From positions 1-37,317 of the forward strand of contig CANQVQ010000002.1 in assembly GCA_947627335.1 (NCBI GenBank): 37,317 bases of DNA, written 5' to 3'. Below, in pieces: positions 8,194 to 18,010 of this stretch (position 1 is the first letter of the stretch; each line of letters begins with the position of its first letter). The notes below the pieces were generated by a model. That model was not told the DNA's origin. It searched no databases and saw only the letters and a list, made by a program, of their open reading frames with translations. Origin of the DNA: an uncultured Clostridia bacterium (GTDB taxonomy: Bacteria; Bacillota; Clostridia; Oscillospirales; CAG-382). A program made the position numbers and the translations under genes.

Positions 8194-9948
8194 CTATGTG
8201 TACGCCGAGTTCGCGTCATATCGGTCGTAGGAATAGGTGTAGGCGTTTCGGAAGGGGTGTAGTTCCTCCCAAAGCCGTATCCAATCGTTGTCGGAATCCG
8301 CCGAGACCGCCTCGATCCGGTAGTCGAAAACGTGGGAAAGCTCGTGCGGGAGGGTGGTTTCCAGCCCGTTGTAGACGTCGAGCGCCATGAGAATGTTTTC
8401 CCCGTCAACCGTCGTCACACCGCTCGCCGTGGCGACCCCGTCCGACAGGTAGCCGTACAGCCCCGAACACAGGTAGACGTGCAGTCCGCCGTCGAACAGC
8501 CCCTCGTACGTCTCCCGAAGCATTCCGTTCGGATAGCGGGACAGGATCCCGTCGATCACCCGCAGGGCGCGGCAGATGCCCAACGGGTCGCGTTCGACCT
8601 GCCCGACGTAGCCGGGGATCTCGAAATCGTTGCCATCCGAGCCGACGTGCAGGGTCACGCCGTAGGTTTCCTCCATCGTGTCGGTGATCCTTGCGAGGAA
8701 TTCGTCCGCGGTCTCCGCGTCCGTAAAGACGGTCTGCATCGGTTCCCCGTCGGCATTCGCGGCGCAGGCGGTCGGCAGGTCGTACAGGTAGCAGCGGGCG
8801 CCGTCGTACAGCAGGGCGGTCCCGTCCGCCGTCAGCGTGATTTTCGGCGTCACACCGGCAAACGCGAACCCGACGGCGCAGACGCCCGCACGCAGGTCGT
8901 AAAAACGGACGTAATCGTCCCACGAGACCGTCGCGCAGAAACCGAGCCCGAGGGACGCGAAACGCTCGTCGTCCCAGAGAAATTCCGCCGCGAACAGCCG
9001 GTTGCCGTCCGCGTCCGCCGTCGTCCCGCGCAGCAGAAGCCCCCGCTCGGCGCCGTCCAGCCGCAGCAGCCCGCCGAACGCCTCGCACACCGGGTCGCCC
9101 TGCGCAAGCAGGTCCGCTGTCGCTTCGCTGACCGAAAGCCGGACGAGAGAACCGCGTGAACCGGCGAGCAGGAAGCCGTCCGATTCGCACGAAAGCAGTT
9201 TCCACGACTGCGCACGGACGTCGGCGGAAACGCGGGTACGCGCTCCGGTCCGCAGGTCGAACAGCAGGAACGGGTCCTCCGCGCCGAATCCGGCGAGCAG
9301 GGTGTTCCCGTCCGCGGAAAGCGCCAGCAGGCGGGGCGCATTTTCGCCGGTGTAGTTCTCGCTCGCCTGCCGCAGGACGGTTTCCTTCCCGTTTCGGTCG
9401 CAGACGACCAGCAGGATCCCCTCCGGATCGGCGTACCAGAAGCCCCCGTCCGGCATCGAACCGTAAAAACGGCCGTCCGGCAGGGTCTTTTCCGCGAGCA
9501 GCGCCCCGGTGGACGCGTCGAACAGCCGCAGGCGGGAAATTGCTTCGCCCGCCTCGTAGTCGGTGTAGTCCAGTTGATACGTCTCCGCGACCCGGCGGAA
9601 TGCGCCGAATTCGCCGATCGATTCCGGCAGGTCGAGCGGCAGACCGTACAGGTACGGGGTGTCCGTCGATTCGCGGAACGCGGGCAAGTTCGCCGACGCG
9701 GGCAGGGCGTCCTGTCCGTTCGCGGTGAAGAAATCGGTCTCCTGCAGAGACGGCGCCGGGGCGGGCGAAACCGACGACGTATCGTCGACCGACGACGCGT
9801 CGTCAACCGACGAAGCGTCCGCGGAAACGGACGCGTCCGCCGACGGCGACGGACCGACCGGGTCGCCGGACGGCAAAACCGTCTCCGACGCGCAGCCGCA
9901 GACCAGCAGCGCAAGCAGTAAAAACAGGCAGATCCAACGTTTTTTCAT
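8194..9948 (-). CDS. lipoprotein with a beta-propeller-like middle region and an HExxH (HELSH) metallopeptidase-like C-terminal region, ending at an in-frame TAG
   Basis: Start taken at MKKRWICLFLLLALLVCGCAS (lipobox) with RBS AAAGGGG, not the listed 9984. Ser/Asp-rich linker. HELSH motif about 45 codons before the TAG at 8194-8196. Confidence 0.7.
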   Translation of the reverse strand: MKKRWICLFLLLALLVCGCASETVLPSGDPVGPSPSADASVSADASSVDDASSVDDTSSVSPAPAPSLQETDFFTANGQDALPASANLPAFRESTDTPYLYGLPLDLPESIGEFGAFRRVAETYQLDYTDYEAGEAISRLRLFDASTGALLAEKTLPDGRFYGSMPDGGFWYADPEGILLVVCDRNGKETVLRQASENYTGENAPRLLALSADGNTLLAGFGAEDPFLLFDLRTGARTRVSADVRAQSWKLLSCESDGFLLAGSRGSLVRLSVSEATADLLAQGDPVCEAFGGLLRLDGAERGLLLRGTTADADGNRLFAAEFLWDDERFASLGLGFCATVSWDDYVRFYDLRAGVCAVGFAFAGVTPKITLTADGTALLYDGARCYLYDLPTACAANADGEPMQTVFTDAETADEFLARITDTMEETYGVTLHVGSDGNDFEIPGYVGQVERDPLGICRALRVIDGILSRYPNGMLRETYEGLFDGGLHVYLCSGLYGYLSDGVATASGVTTVDGENILMALDVYNGLETTLPHELSHVFDYRIEAVSADSDNDWIRLWEELHPFRNAYTYSYDRYDANSAYT

Positions 9949-9969
9949 GAAAATCCCCTTTCGGAAGGG

Positions 9970-10010
9970 AGAAAAACAGGGCAAACCCGTTCCATACAGC
10001 GTTTGCCCTG
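9970..10010 (-). terminator. intrinsic terminator downstream of leuS
   Basis: On the minus strand: CAGGGCAAAC, 14-nt loop, GTTTGCCCTG, then TTTTTC. Confidence 0.7.
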
Positions 10011-10038
10011 TCCCGAAACGTCCCTTGCGGCGGGACGG

Positions 10039-12438
10039 TCATTTCACCACGAGGTTGCACAGCCGACCCGGCACATAGATCTGTTTGACGATCTGTTTGC
10101 CGGCGAGCATCGGGGAAAGCGTCCCGTCCGCCCGGATCGCGGCGAGGACGTCCTCCTGCGTCGCGTCGACCGGGACGGTCAGCCGTCCGCGCACCTTGCC
10201 GCAGAGCTGAACGGCGATCTCCACCGTCGCTTCCTTGGTCTTTTCCTCGTCGTATTCCGGCCACGAAGCGGCGGAGCAGAAGCCCTCTCCGCCCAATTCC
10301 TGCCACATTTCCTCGCAGATATGCGGCGCAAACGGGCAGAGCAGCTTGGTCAGGGTCATCAGGGACGCACGGTCGATCGCTCCGGCGGCGTAAACGTCGT
10401 TGACGAAGGTCATGATCGCGGCGATCGCCGTATTGAACTTCATGCTTTCGATGTCCTCGGACACCTTGCGGATCGTGCGGTGCAGCGGCGTCACCAGCGA
10501 CGGGACCGGTTCTTCGGTCAGCAGGTCCGTCAGCGCCGCGAAGCGGTCGATCAGGCGCTTGCAGCCGCGGACCGAGCTGTCCGACCACGGCGCCGCCTGC
10601 TCGTAATCTCCCATGAACAGGATATAGGTACGCAGCACGTCCGCGCCGTAGCGGTCGATGACGTCGTTCGGGTCGATGACGTTGCCGAGCGATTTGGACA
10701 TCTTCACGCCGTTCGCGCCCAGCACAAGCCCCTGCGCCGTCCGCTTCGCGTAAGGCTCCGGGCAGGGCACTACGCCGATGTCGTACAGGAAGCGGTGCCA
10801 GAAGCGGGAATAGATCATGTGACGGGTGACGTGCTCCATGCCGCCGTTGTACCAGTCCACCGGCAGCCAGTATTTCAGTTTTTCCGGGTCGGCGAGCGCC
10901 TTGTCGTTGTGCGGGTCGGCGTAGCGCAGGAAATACCAGGACGAACCCGCCCACTGGGGCATCGTATCCGTTTCCCGCTTCGCGTCGCCGCCGCACTTCG
11001 GGCATTTGCAGTTCACAAAGGACGCGACCTTCGCGAGCGGGGACTCCCCGCCCTCGCCCGGCTCGAAGTTCTCCACTTCCGGCAGCTTCAGCGGCAGTTC
11101 CTCATAGGGAACGCCCACCATGCCGCACTTCGGACAATGCACGATCGGGATCGGCTCGCCCCAGTAGCGCTGGCGGTTGAACGCCCAGTCCTTCATCTTG
11201 TACTGCACGCCCGCTTCGCCGACGCCGCGCTTTTCCAGCTCCTCGAGCATCCGCTCGATGGAGGATTTCTTATCGGTCAGCCCGTTGAGGAAGCCGGAAT
11301 TGATCATACGCCCTTCGCCCGTATACGCGTCCTCGGAGATGTCGCCGCCCTCGATGACCGGCAGGATCTCCACGCCGAACTTCTTCGCGAACGCGTAGTC
11401 ACGCGTATCGTGCGCCGGGACCGCCATGATCGCCCCGGTGCCGTACCCCATCATGACGTAGTCCGAAATGAAGATCGGGATCTCCCGACCCGTGATCGGG
11501 TTGATCGCCGTCAGCCCGTCGATGCGCACGCCGGTTTTGTCTTTGACCAGCTGGGTGCGCTCGAATTCCGTCTTTTTGGCGCATTCGGCGCGGTAGGCGC
11601 GCACTTCGTCCATGTTTCTGACCCTGTCCGCGTATGTGTCCAGCACCGGGTGCTCCGGGGCGATGACCATGAAGGTCACGCCGAAGAGCGTGTCGCAGCG
11701 GGTGGTGTAAATGCGAAGTTTGTCGTCGACCTCCTTGATGGGGAAGTTGACGAACGCGCCGGTAGACCGCCCGATCCAGTTCTCCTGCTGGTTGCGGATA
11801 TTCGGCAGGTAATCGACGTGGTCGAGCCCTTCGAGCAGTTTATCCGCGTAGGCGGTGATGCGCAGGTACCAGACGTCCTTGGACTTCTGCACCACGTCGT
11901 TGTGGCAGATGTCGCACTTCCCGCCCTGCGAATCCTCGTTGGAAAGCACCACCTGGCAGTGCGGACAGAAATTCACGAGCGTCTTATCGCGGAACACCAG
12001 TCCCGCGTCGAACATCTTGCGGAAGATCCACTGCGTCCAGCGGTAATACCCCTCGTCCGTCGTGTCCACCGTCCGGGACCAGTCGAAGGAGAAGCCGACG
12101 CGGCGGAGCTGGTCGGTGAACTTCCGAATGTTCCGGTCGGTCAGCACGCGAGGATGCACGCCATCCTTGATGGCGGTGTTCTCGGTCGGCAGACCGAACG
12201 CGTCGAAGCCGATCGGGAACAGGACGTTATACCCCTGCATCCGACGCTTGCGGGAGACGACCTCCAGCCCGCCGTACGCCTTGATATGCCCGATGTGCAT
12301 CCCGTGACCGCTCGGATAGGGGAACTCCACGAGCGCGTAGAACTTCGGCTTTTCGCTCCCGTCCACCGCCCGAAACAGACCAGCTTCCTCCCATTTTTTT
12401 TGCCATTTCGGCTCGATTTCCCTGAACTTGTATTCCAT
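10039..12438 (-). CDS. leuS: leucine--tRNA ligase
   Basis: 799 aa. HIGH-type motif (HMGHIKAY region) and VKMSKSLGN. Full-length LeuRS architecture. Confidence 0.97.
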   Translation of the reverse strand: MEYKFREIEPKWQKKWEEAGLFRAVDGSEKPKFYALVEFPYPSGHGMHIGHIKAYGGLEVVSRKRRMQGYNVLFPIGFDAFGLPTENTAIKDGVHPRVLTDRNIRKFTDQLRRVGFSFDWSRTVDTTDEGYYRWTQWIFRKMFDAGLVFRDKTLVNFCPHCQVVLSNEDSQGGKCDICHNDVVQKSKDVWYLRITAYADKLLEGLDHVDYLPNIRNQQENWIGRSTGAFVNFPIKEVDDKLRIYTTRCDTLFGVTFMVIAPEHPVLDTYADRVRNMDEVRAYRAECAKKTEFERTQLVKDKTGVRIDGLTAINPITGREIPIFISDYVMMGYGTGAIMAVPAHDTRDYAFAKKFGVEILPVIEGGDISEDAYTGEGRMINSGFLNGLTDKKSSIERMLEELEKRGVGEAGVQYKMKDWAFNRQRYWGEPIPIVHCPKCGMVGVPYEELPLKLPEVENFEPGEGGESPLAKVASFVNCKCPKCGGDAKRETDTMPQWAGSSWYFLRYADPHNDKALADPEKLKYWLPVDWYNGGMEHVTRHMIYSRFWHRFLYDIGVVPCPEPYAKRTAQGLVLGANGVKMSKSLGNVIDPNDVIDRYGADVLRTYILFMGDYEQAAPWSDSSVRGCKRLIDRFAALTDLLTEEPVPSLVTPLHRTIRKVSEDIESMKFNTAIAAIMTFVNDVYAAGAIDRASLMTLTKLLCPFAPHICEEMWQELGGEGFCSAASWPEYDEEKTKEATVEIAVQLCGKVRGRLTVPVDATQEDVLAAIRADGTLSPMLAGKQIVKQIYVPGRLCNLVVK

Positions 12439-12462
12439 GGTGGTTGTCCTTCCTTTCCCGGG

Positions 12463-12831
12463 TCAGTTCTCGCCGCCCCAGAGCCGTTCGAGATGATAGA
12501 ATTTCCGCCCCTCGTCGGTGAAAATATGCACGACGACCGAACCGTAGTCCAGCAGGTACCACATACTGTTGCGGTAGCCTTCGATGTGCAGCGGTCCGAC
12601 GTTCAATTCCTGTCGAATGCGAAATTCCACCTCGTCCGCCAGTGCGCGGACGTGCGTGCCGGACGTGCCGGTCGCCAGGACGAAGAAATCCGCCAGCGGG
12701 GTCTGCTTCGCGACCGGGAGCGTCTGGACGTCCAGCCCCTTCTTGTCCTCGAGCGCGGACGCGGCGAGCGCCGCGATGCGTTCGGCGAGTTCCTTTTGCC
12801 GTTCTTCGGTCAACGGTCGTTCCATATCCAT
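12463..12831 (-). CDS. rsfS: ribosome silencing factor RsfS (Iojap family)
   Basis: 122 aa. Motif ADFFVLATGTSGTHVRALADEV plus WYLLDYGSVVVHIF, typical of RsfS. Confidence 0.9.
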   Translation of the reverse strand: MDMERPLTEERQKELAERIAALAASALEDKKGLDVQTLPVAKQTPLADFFVLATGTSGTHVRALADEVEFRIRQELNVGPLHIEGYRNSMWYLLDYGSVVVHIFTDEGRKFYHLERLWGGEN

Positions 12832-12837
12832 ACTCTG

Positions 12838-13491
12838 TTATCCGTCCTTTCCCGTGTGTGGGTTCGTCGTTTTGACGAGCCTGAGATAGTCGTTTCGCGC
12901 CTCGACGGTGCAGGAATCGATCGGTTTGCGTTCCGCAAGCAGGAACCGCACCGTCGTGTCAAAGGAGCGCACCAGCGCCAGATACAGCGCACGCGTCTTG
13001 TCCCTGCGCGACTGATACTGCCGTTCGTAGTATTCCCGCAGACGCGTGCAGGCCGGGTCCGTCCGCCCGGGTTCGATATAATCGGCAAAGTAGATCACCA
13101 GCTCCAGCGGGCGCATGGCGGGCCGCCCGGTCGTGTGCCAGCGGACCGCCGAGCAGATCTTCTCCGGCGCACCGTAAAGATGTTCCGCGAGCAGCGACGC
13201 CGAACGTGCGTGCAGCAGCTTCGGCGTTTCCAATTCCTCCGCCGGGACCTCCATGCCGTACCGCCGGCAGATCTCCAGCTGCTTCTCGATCGGGTACTCC
13301 TTGGTGTAATCGTGCAGGAGCGCCGCCAGTTCCGCCTCCTCCGGCGTGATCTCCGCCGGGAAGTGCCGCTCTGCCAGCAGTTTCGCCGTCCCGACGACCC
13401 CTTCGGTGTGCCGACGGCGCTTTTCGCTCATGCGCAGGTCCCGCCGCACGGTTTCGATCAGTTCCTTCATACGTTCCTTCCCGTTTTTCAA
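12838..13491 (-). CDS. yqeK: HD-domain bis(5'-nucleosyl)-tetraphosphatase YqeK
   Basis: 217 aa. H...HD signature (RRHTEGV, LLHDYTKE). Conserved nadD-yqeK-rsfS order. Confidence 0.85.
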   Translation of the reverse strand: MKNGKERMKELIETVRRDLRMSEKRRRHTEGVVGTAKLLAERHFPAEITPEEAELAALLHDYTKEYPIEKQLEICRRYGMEVPAEELETPKLLHARSASLLAEHLYGAPEKICSAVRWHTTGRPAMRPLELVIYFADYIEPGRTDPACTRLREYYERQYQSRRDKTRALYLALVRSFDTTVRFLLAERKPIDSCTVEARNDYLRLVKTTNPHTGKDG

Positions 13492-14072
13492 ACGTAAAGT
13501 CCTTTTTCCGCGATATAGCGGTTGACGGCGTCGCAGCAGAGCGAGAGGTCCCCCGCCCGACGGGCGGTCGAGGACGCGTCGAGCGCCTGAAAGCGCAAAA
13601 TCCGAAAGTTCGCGCCGTAGTTCCTTTCCAGTTCCGCGACGAGCGCCGTCACGTCCCGCCCGCTGCGGTTCGCGAGCGCGACGGTCACGTTTGCGAGCAG
13701 TTCCCGCACGTTTTTCCAGCGCGGAAGCCCCTCCAGCCAGTCATCCCCGAAGAACAGGTACAGCTCCGCGCCCGGGTGCATCCGTTTCAGTTCGGACACC
13801 GTGTCGCAGGTATAGCTCACGCCGCCCCGACGCACTTCGAGGTCGCTGACGAGAAACCCGTCCTTCTCCTTCCCCGCGAACGCCAGACGCAGCATGGCGA
13901 GCCGGTCCTCCGCCGGGGCGACCTTGCGGTCCTTGAGGTTCGGGATACTGTTCGGGAGGACGTAGACCAGGTCCAACGCGCACTCCTCCCGAAAGCGCTC
14001 CGCCGCACGGACGTGCCCGTTATGCACCGGGTCGAAGCTGCCGCCGAAGATGCCGACACGCATGGGCGTCAC
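13488..14072 (-). CDS. nadD: nicotinate-nucleotide adenylyltransferase
   Basis: 194 aa. GGSFDPVHNGH motif. 4-nt overlaps with both neighbouring genes. Confidence 0.92.
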   Translation of the reverse strand: MTPMRVGIFGGSFDPVHNGHVRAAERFREECALDLVYVLPNSIPNLKDRKVAPAEDRLAMLRLAFAGKEKDGFLVSDLEVRRGGVSYTCDTVSELKRMHPGAELYLFFGDDWLEGLPRWKNVRELLANVTVALANRSGRDVTALVAELERNYGANFRILRFQALDASSTARRAGDLSLCCDAVNRYIAEKGLYV

Positions 14073-14791
14073 GCGTCCCAGTTATGCCAGACGTTCTGCA
14101 CGTCGTCGTTGTCCTCGAGCCGTTCGAGCAGTTTCTGCATCTGTCCCGCCTGCTCGTCGTCAAGCTCGACGTAGGTCGCCGGGACCTTTTCGATCTCCGC
14201 CGACAGGAACGTGTACCCCTTGCCGGACAGCGCTTCGCAGACCGCGGAAAAGTCCGCCGGTTCGGTGTAGATCTCAAAGCAGTCGTCCTCCGCCGAGAAA
14301 TCCCCCGCACCCGCTTCGAGTGCGGCGTCCATCAGCGCTTCCTCGTCCACGTCGCCCTCCTCGTTGGACACGACGACGACCCCTTTCTCCGAAAAGAGGA
14401 AGGACACGCACCCGTTCGTGCCGAGGTTGCCGCCGAACTTGTCGAACGCGTGCCGCACTTCCGGCGCCGTGCGGTTGCGGTTGTCCGTCGCCGCTTCGAC
14501 GATGACGGCGACCCCGCCCGGACCGTAGCCCTCGTAGGTGACGAACTCGTAGGCGGCACTGTTGTCGCTCGACGCCTTGTCGATGATGCGCTTGATATTG
14601 TCGTTCGGCACGTTGAGGCTCTTCGCCTTGGTGATCAGGTCGCGCAGCTTGGTGTTGGAAACCGGGTCCGCCCCGCCTTCCCGCACCGCCATGGCGATCT
14701 CCTTGCCGACTTTGGTAAAGACTTTTGCCCGTGCGGCGTCGGTCTTTTCCTTCTTGTGCATGATATTTTTCCACTTGGAATGTCCGGACAT
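14069..14791 (-). CDS. yebC: YebC/PmpR family DNA-binding transcriptional regulator
   Basis: Start moved to MSGHSKWKNIMHKK (ATG at 14791; RBS GGGAG 9 nt upstream). The listed TTG at 14800 has no spacer to the RBS. Confidence 0.9.
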   Translation of the reverse strand: MSGHSKWKNIMHKKEKTDAARAKVFTKVGKEIAMAVREGGADPVSNTKLRDLITKAKSLNVPNDNIKRIIDKASSDNSAAYEFVTYEGYGPGGVAVIVEAATDNRNRTAPEVRHAFDKFGGNLGTNGCVSFLFSEKGVVVVSNEEGDVDEEALMDAALEAGAGDFSAEDDCFEIYTEPADFSAVCEALSGKGYTFLSAEIEKVPATYVELDDEQAGQMQKLLERLEDNDDVQNVWHNWDA

Positions 14792-14833
14792 ACCTATCAA
14801 CTCCCTATTGTTTGTAACGGTTGCAAATCCTTC

Positions 14834-16540
14834 TCAAATTTCTTCCGTGCGGCGGATCCCGAGCAGGTCGAGCCCGTTTCCGATGACCGTGCGCGTCGCC
14901 GCGGACAGGCGCACCCGGAAGACGCGCGCATCCTCCGCGTCCGCGCCGAGAATGCGGCAATTGTGGTAGAACTGGTTGAAAAGCGCACAGACGGCGAGCA
15001 GATAGCGGGAGATCACGCTCGGTTCATACGCCTCAAGCGCACGGTCGACCGCTTCCGGGAACTCGGAGAGCTTCTTCGCGAGCGCCGTTTCCTCCGCGCA
15101 CGGCGCATAGCCGACGGGGGACGCGGGCGGCAGTCCGCCGTTTTTGCGCAGGATGCTCGACGTGCGGGCGTAGGTGTACTGTACATACGGTCCGGCGTTG
15201 CCCTCGAAGGAGAGCGCGTCCTCCCAGTTGAAGTCGCTGTCCTTGATACGGCTGTTGGACAGGGCGTTGAACACCACGGCGCCGACGCCGACCGCCTTCG
15301 CGGTCTCCTCGCGATTGGGCAGGTCCGGGTGCTTTTCGGCGATGACCTGCTCGCACTTGCGGATCGCTTCGGAAAGCAGGTCCTCCAGCAGCACGACGTT
15401 CCCGGTCCGGGACGCGAGCTTCTCCCCGCCGACGCTCATTGTGCCGTAGGGGACGTGCACCAGCCCGTCCGCCCAATCGTAGCCCATCTTGCGGACCACC
15501 CGGAACCACTGCGCGAAATGCAGGCTTTGCCCCGCGCTCGTCACATATATGCACTTCTCGAAATCATAGGTCTTTTTGCGCCAGATCGCGGCGGCGATGT
15601 CCCGCGCCGGATAGAGCGTCGAACCGTCCCGCTTGAGGATCAGGCAGGGGGGCATCCCCTCCTCGTCCAGCCGCACGACCGACGCGCCGTCGTCCAGTTC
15701 GAGCAGCCCCTTCTCCCGCAGTTCTTCCACCACGGCGGGCATCTTGTCCGAAAAGAACGCCTCCCCGACGTAGGAATCGAACGTGATCCCCAGCAGATCG
15801 TAGGTTTTTTGGTACTCCGGCAGGGAGATGTCCTTGAAGGTCTTCCAGATCCGCAGGCATTCCTCGTCCCCGCATTCCAGCCGGTGGAAGGCGTCCCGCG
15901 CCGCCTGCGTCAGGGACGGGTCCTCCTTTTCCGCCGTGCAGAAGCGGACGTAGAGCTTTTCCAGTTCGGTGATCCCGCCCTGCTCCAGCTTTTCCTGCGA
16001 CGACCAGTTCCGATAGGCGTAGATCAGCTTGCCGAACTGCGTCCCCCAGTCGCCGAGGTGGTTGATGGCGACGGTCCTGTAGCCGTGGAAATCGAACAGG
16101 TTCCGCAGGGCGTTGCCGATGACCGTCGTGCCGAGATGCCCGAGATGGAAGCGCTTGGCGATGTTGGGGGAGGAGAAATCCAGGCAGACCGTCTTGCCGT
16201 TCCCCTCGTCGGAGGAGCCGAAACGCTCGTTTTGCAGAATTTCATCGACCGCCGAGACCGCCGACGCGCCGTCGTAGAAGAAATTGAGGTACCCCCCGAC
16301 CGCTTCGACCTTAGAGATGCCCTCCGTCCCGACGAACGCACCCGACAGCTCGGACGCGATCTTCGGCGGTGCGCTCCGCAGCAGCTTCGCCAGCTTGAAG
16401 CAGGGAAGCGCTAAGTCGCCCAACTTCGGGTCGGCGGGGGTTTCAAACAGCCCGACCGCCTCCGCCGCCGTCAGGGAGACCCCCTGCCCGTCGAGCAGCG
16501 ACGCGAGCTTTTCCGCGAGAATGGTTTTGTTGTCACGCAT
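14834..16540 (-). CDS. argS: arginine--tRNA ligase
   Basis: 568 aa. N-terminal Arg-tRNA synthetase domain, HLGHLGTT (HIGH-type) motif, C-terminal DALR-type anticodon-binding region. Confidence 0.95.
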   Translation of the reverse strand: MRDNKTILAEKLASLLDGQGVSLTAAEAVGLFETPADPKLGDLALPCFKLAKLLRSAPPKIASELSGAFVGTEGISKVEAVGGYLNFFYDGASAVSAVDEILQNERFGSSDEGNGKTVCLDFSSPNIAKRFHLGHLGTTVIGNALRNLFDFHGYRTVAINHLGDWGTQFGKLIYAYRNWSSQEKLEQGGITELEKLYVRFCTAEKEDPSLTQAARDAFHRLECGDEECLRIWKTFKDISLPEYQKTYDLLGITFDSYVGEAFFSDKMPAVVEELREKGLLELDDGASVVRLDEEGMPPCLILKRDGSTLYPARDIAAAIWRKKTYDFEKCIYVTSAGQSLHFAQWFRVVRKMGYDWADGLVHVPYGTMSVGGEKLASRTGNVVLLEDLLSEAIRKCEQVIAEKHPDLPNREETAKAVGVGAVVFNALSNSRIKDSDFNWEDALSFEGNAGPYVQYTYARTSSILRKNGGLPPASPVGYAPCAEETALAKKLSEFPEAVDRALEAYEPSVISRYLLAVCALFNQFYHNCRILGADAEDARVFRVRLSAATRTVIGNGLDLLGIRRTEEI

Positions 16541-16619
16541 AGTCCTGTTTCCTTATATGATGGTAATAAAGCGTCGTTTGCAAGGGATGACCCCGATGCC
16601 GCATAGGATAAATCAGTAT

Positions 16620-16648
16620 ATTATAGCATAGGGTTTCCGGCTTGTCAA
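16620..16648 (-). promoter_or_regulatory. consensus sigma-A promoter for argS
   Basis: On the minus strand: TTGACA (16643-16648), 17 nt, TATAAT (16620-16625). Leaves a leader of roughly 75 nt. Confidence 0.7.
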
Positions 16649-16683
16649 GCATTTTCCGACGACTTTGAAGGGAAGAACGGGCA

Positions 16684-17970
16684 ATGATTTTTCATACGGT
16701 GACCTCCGGGGAGACGCTCACGTCCATCGCGAACCGATACGGCGTGCCGGTCCGCAATCTGGCGGCGGACAACGGCGTGGCGGTACCGGAAAAGCTGCCG
16801 GTCGGAATGACGCTTCTGGTGGCGGTCCCGACGGCGACCCACACGGTCACGGCGGGCGAAACCCTCTACGGCATCGCGTCCCGCTACGGGCTGACCGTCC
16901 GCACGCTCTGGCGCAACAACGTATTCCTGAACGGCGGAAGCGAGATCTTCCCCGGCGACGTGCTTTACCTCGGCACGGAAGGCGAGCGCATCGGGGCGTA
17001 CATGGTCGGCGGATACGTCTATCCGTTCGTGGACCTGACGCTCTACCGACAGACCCTGCCCCTGCTGTCCGGGATCATGCCGTTCACCTACGGGTTCCGC
17101 CCGGACGGGACGCTCATTCCGCTCGACGACGGGGAACTGCTGTACGAAGCGTTCTCCTACAGCGTTTCCCCGGTCATGCACCTGTCCACCCTGACCGACG
17201 ACGGCAACTTCTCTTCGGCGCTCGCGTCCGCGCTCCTGCGGGACGAAACCGCCCAACAGACGCTGATCGGCGAACTGCTTGCGACCCTGCGCCGGAAGGG
17301 GTATTACGGTCTGGACGTGGATTTCGAGTTCCTCGGGGCGGAAAACGCACCGCTCTACGCCGCTTTCCTGACACGCGTGCGGGAAGCGCTCAATCCCGCC
17401 GGCTACCCGGTCCTCGCCGCCCTCGCGCCCAAGACCCGCGACGACCAGCCCGGCACGCTCTACGAGGGGCACGACTACGCCGCCATCGGGCAGGCGGTCA
17501 ACTGCGTACTGTTAATGACCTACGAATGGGGGTACACCTACGGTCCGCCGATGGCGGTCTCCCCGATCCGACCGGTCCGCAGCGTCATCGAGTACGCGCT
17601 GACCCGCATTCCGGCGGAAAAGATCTTTTTGGGCGTTTCCAACTACGGCTACGACTTCACGCTCCCGTTCGTGCAGGGGCTTTCCATGGCGCGGTCGCTC
17701 TCGGTCGCCGAGGCTTTCCTGCTCGCCGGGGACGTCGGGGCGGAGATCCAATACGACGAGACCGTGCAGGCGCCGTTCTTCCGTTACACGTCCGACGGCG
17801 TCGAACACGTCGTCTGGTTCGAGGACGTGCGCTCGCTGGATGCGCGTCTGCGCCTGCTGCCGGAATACGGGCTGCGCGGGGCGCTCTACTGGAACTTCAT
17901 GCGTCCCAACCCGCAGAACCTCGCCCTGCTCAACAACCTGCTGTATCCGCGTGTCCTCAACCTGTTCTGA
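16684..17970 (+). CDS. LysM-LysM-GH18 peptidoglycan hydrolase (SleL/YaaH-like spore cortex-lytic N-acetylglucosaminidase)
   Basis: 428 aa. Two LysM repeats (HTVTSGETLTSIANRYGV, HTVTAGETLYGIASRYGL). GH18 catalytic motif GLDVDFE. Confidence 0.85.
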   Translation: MIFHTVTSGETLTSIANRYGVPVRNLAADNGVAVPEKLPVGMTLLVAVPTATHTVTAGETLYGIASRYGLTVRTLWRNNVFLNGGSEIFPGDVLYLGTEGERIGAYMVGGYVYPFVDLTLYRQTLPLLSGIMPFTYGFRPDGTLIPLDDGELLYEAFSYSVSPVMHLSTLTDDGNFSSALASALLRDETAQQTLIGELLATLRRKGYYGLDVDFEFLGAENAPLYAAFLTRVREALNPAGYPVLAALAPKTRDDQPGTLYEGHDYAAIGQAVNCVLLMTYEWGYTYGPPMAVSPIRPVRSVIEYALTRIPAEKIFLGVSNYGYDFTLPFVQGLSMARSLSVAEAFLLAGDVGAEIQYDETVQAPFFRYTSDGVEHVVWFEDVRSLDARLRLLPEYGLRGALYWNFMRPNPQNLALLNNLLYPRVLNLF

Positions 17971-17974
17971 ATCG

Positions 17975-18010
17975 AAAAAAGGGACCGTCGTCACACGGTC
18001 CCTTTCGTCT
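17975..18010 (+). terminator. possible terminator after the LysM-GH18 gene
   Basis: Stem AAGGGACCG / CGGTCCCTT with an 8-nt loop. The T-tract is weak (TCGTCTGCTTT). Confidence 0.45.

Noticed and set aside
8194-8196. In-frame TAG read as pyrrolysine or another programmed recoding signal.
   Set aside because: No pyl genes or recoding signal are visible in the window, and a single occurrence fits an ordinary nonsense mutation or sequencing error. It is kept as a finding only as an interrupted gene.
10003-13497. Very long ORF (1164 aa, + strand) antisense to leuS, rsfS and yqeK. Similar long antisense ORFs: 14084..16414 (776 aa), 18429..20570 (713 aa), 2850..4241, 5121..6416, 16645..17472, 22418..23548, 23621..24856, 24853..26097, 28826..30493, 30507..32042, 32948..34666, 36149..37264.
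   Set aside because: All lie opposite genes with unmistakable conserved motifs. They are extremely R/G/P/A/D/H-rich with low-complexity runs, and lack an RBS or sensible start. They are shadow ORFs, expected in roughly 65-70% GC DNA where stop codons are rare.
16541-16683. T-box leaders upstream of argS, and likewise valS (697-717) and leuS (12439-12462).
   Set aside because: The upstream spaces are too short: about 75 nt of leader for argS and 21-24 nt for valS and leuS. I saw no specifier-loop or T-box (AGGGUGGNACCGCG-like) sequence. valS and leuS appear to be co-transcribed with upstream genes.
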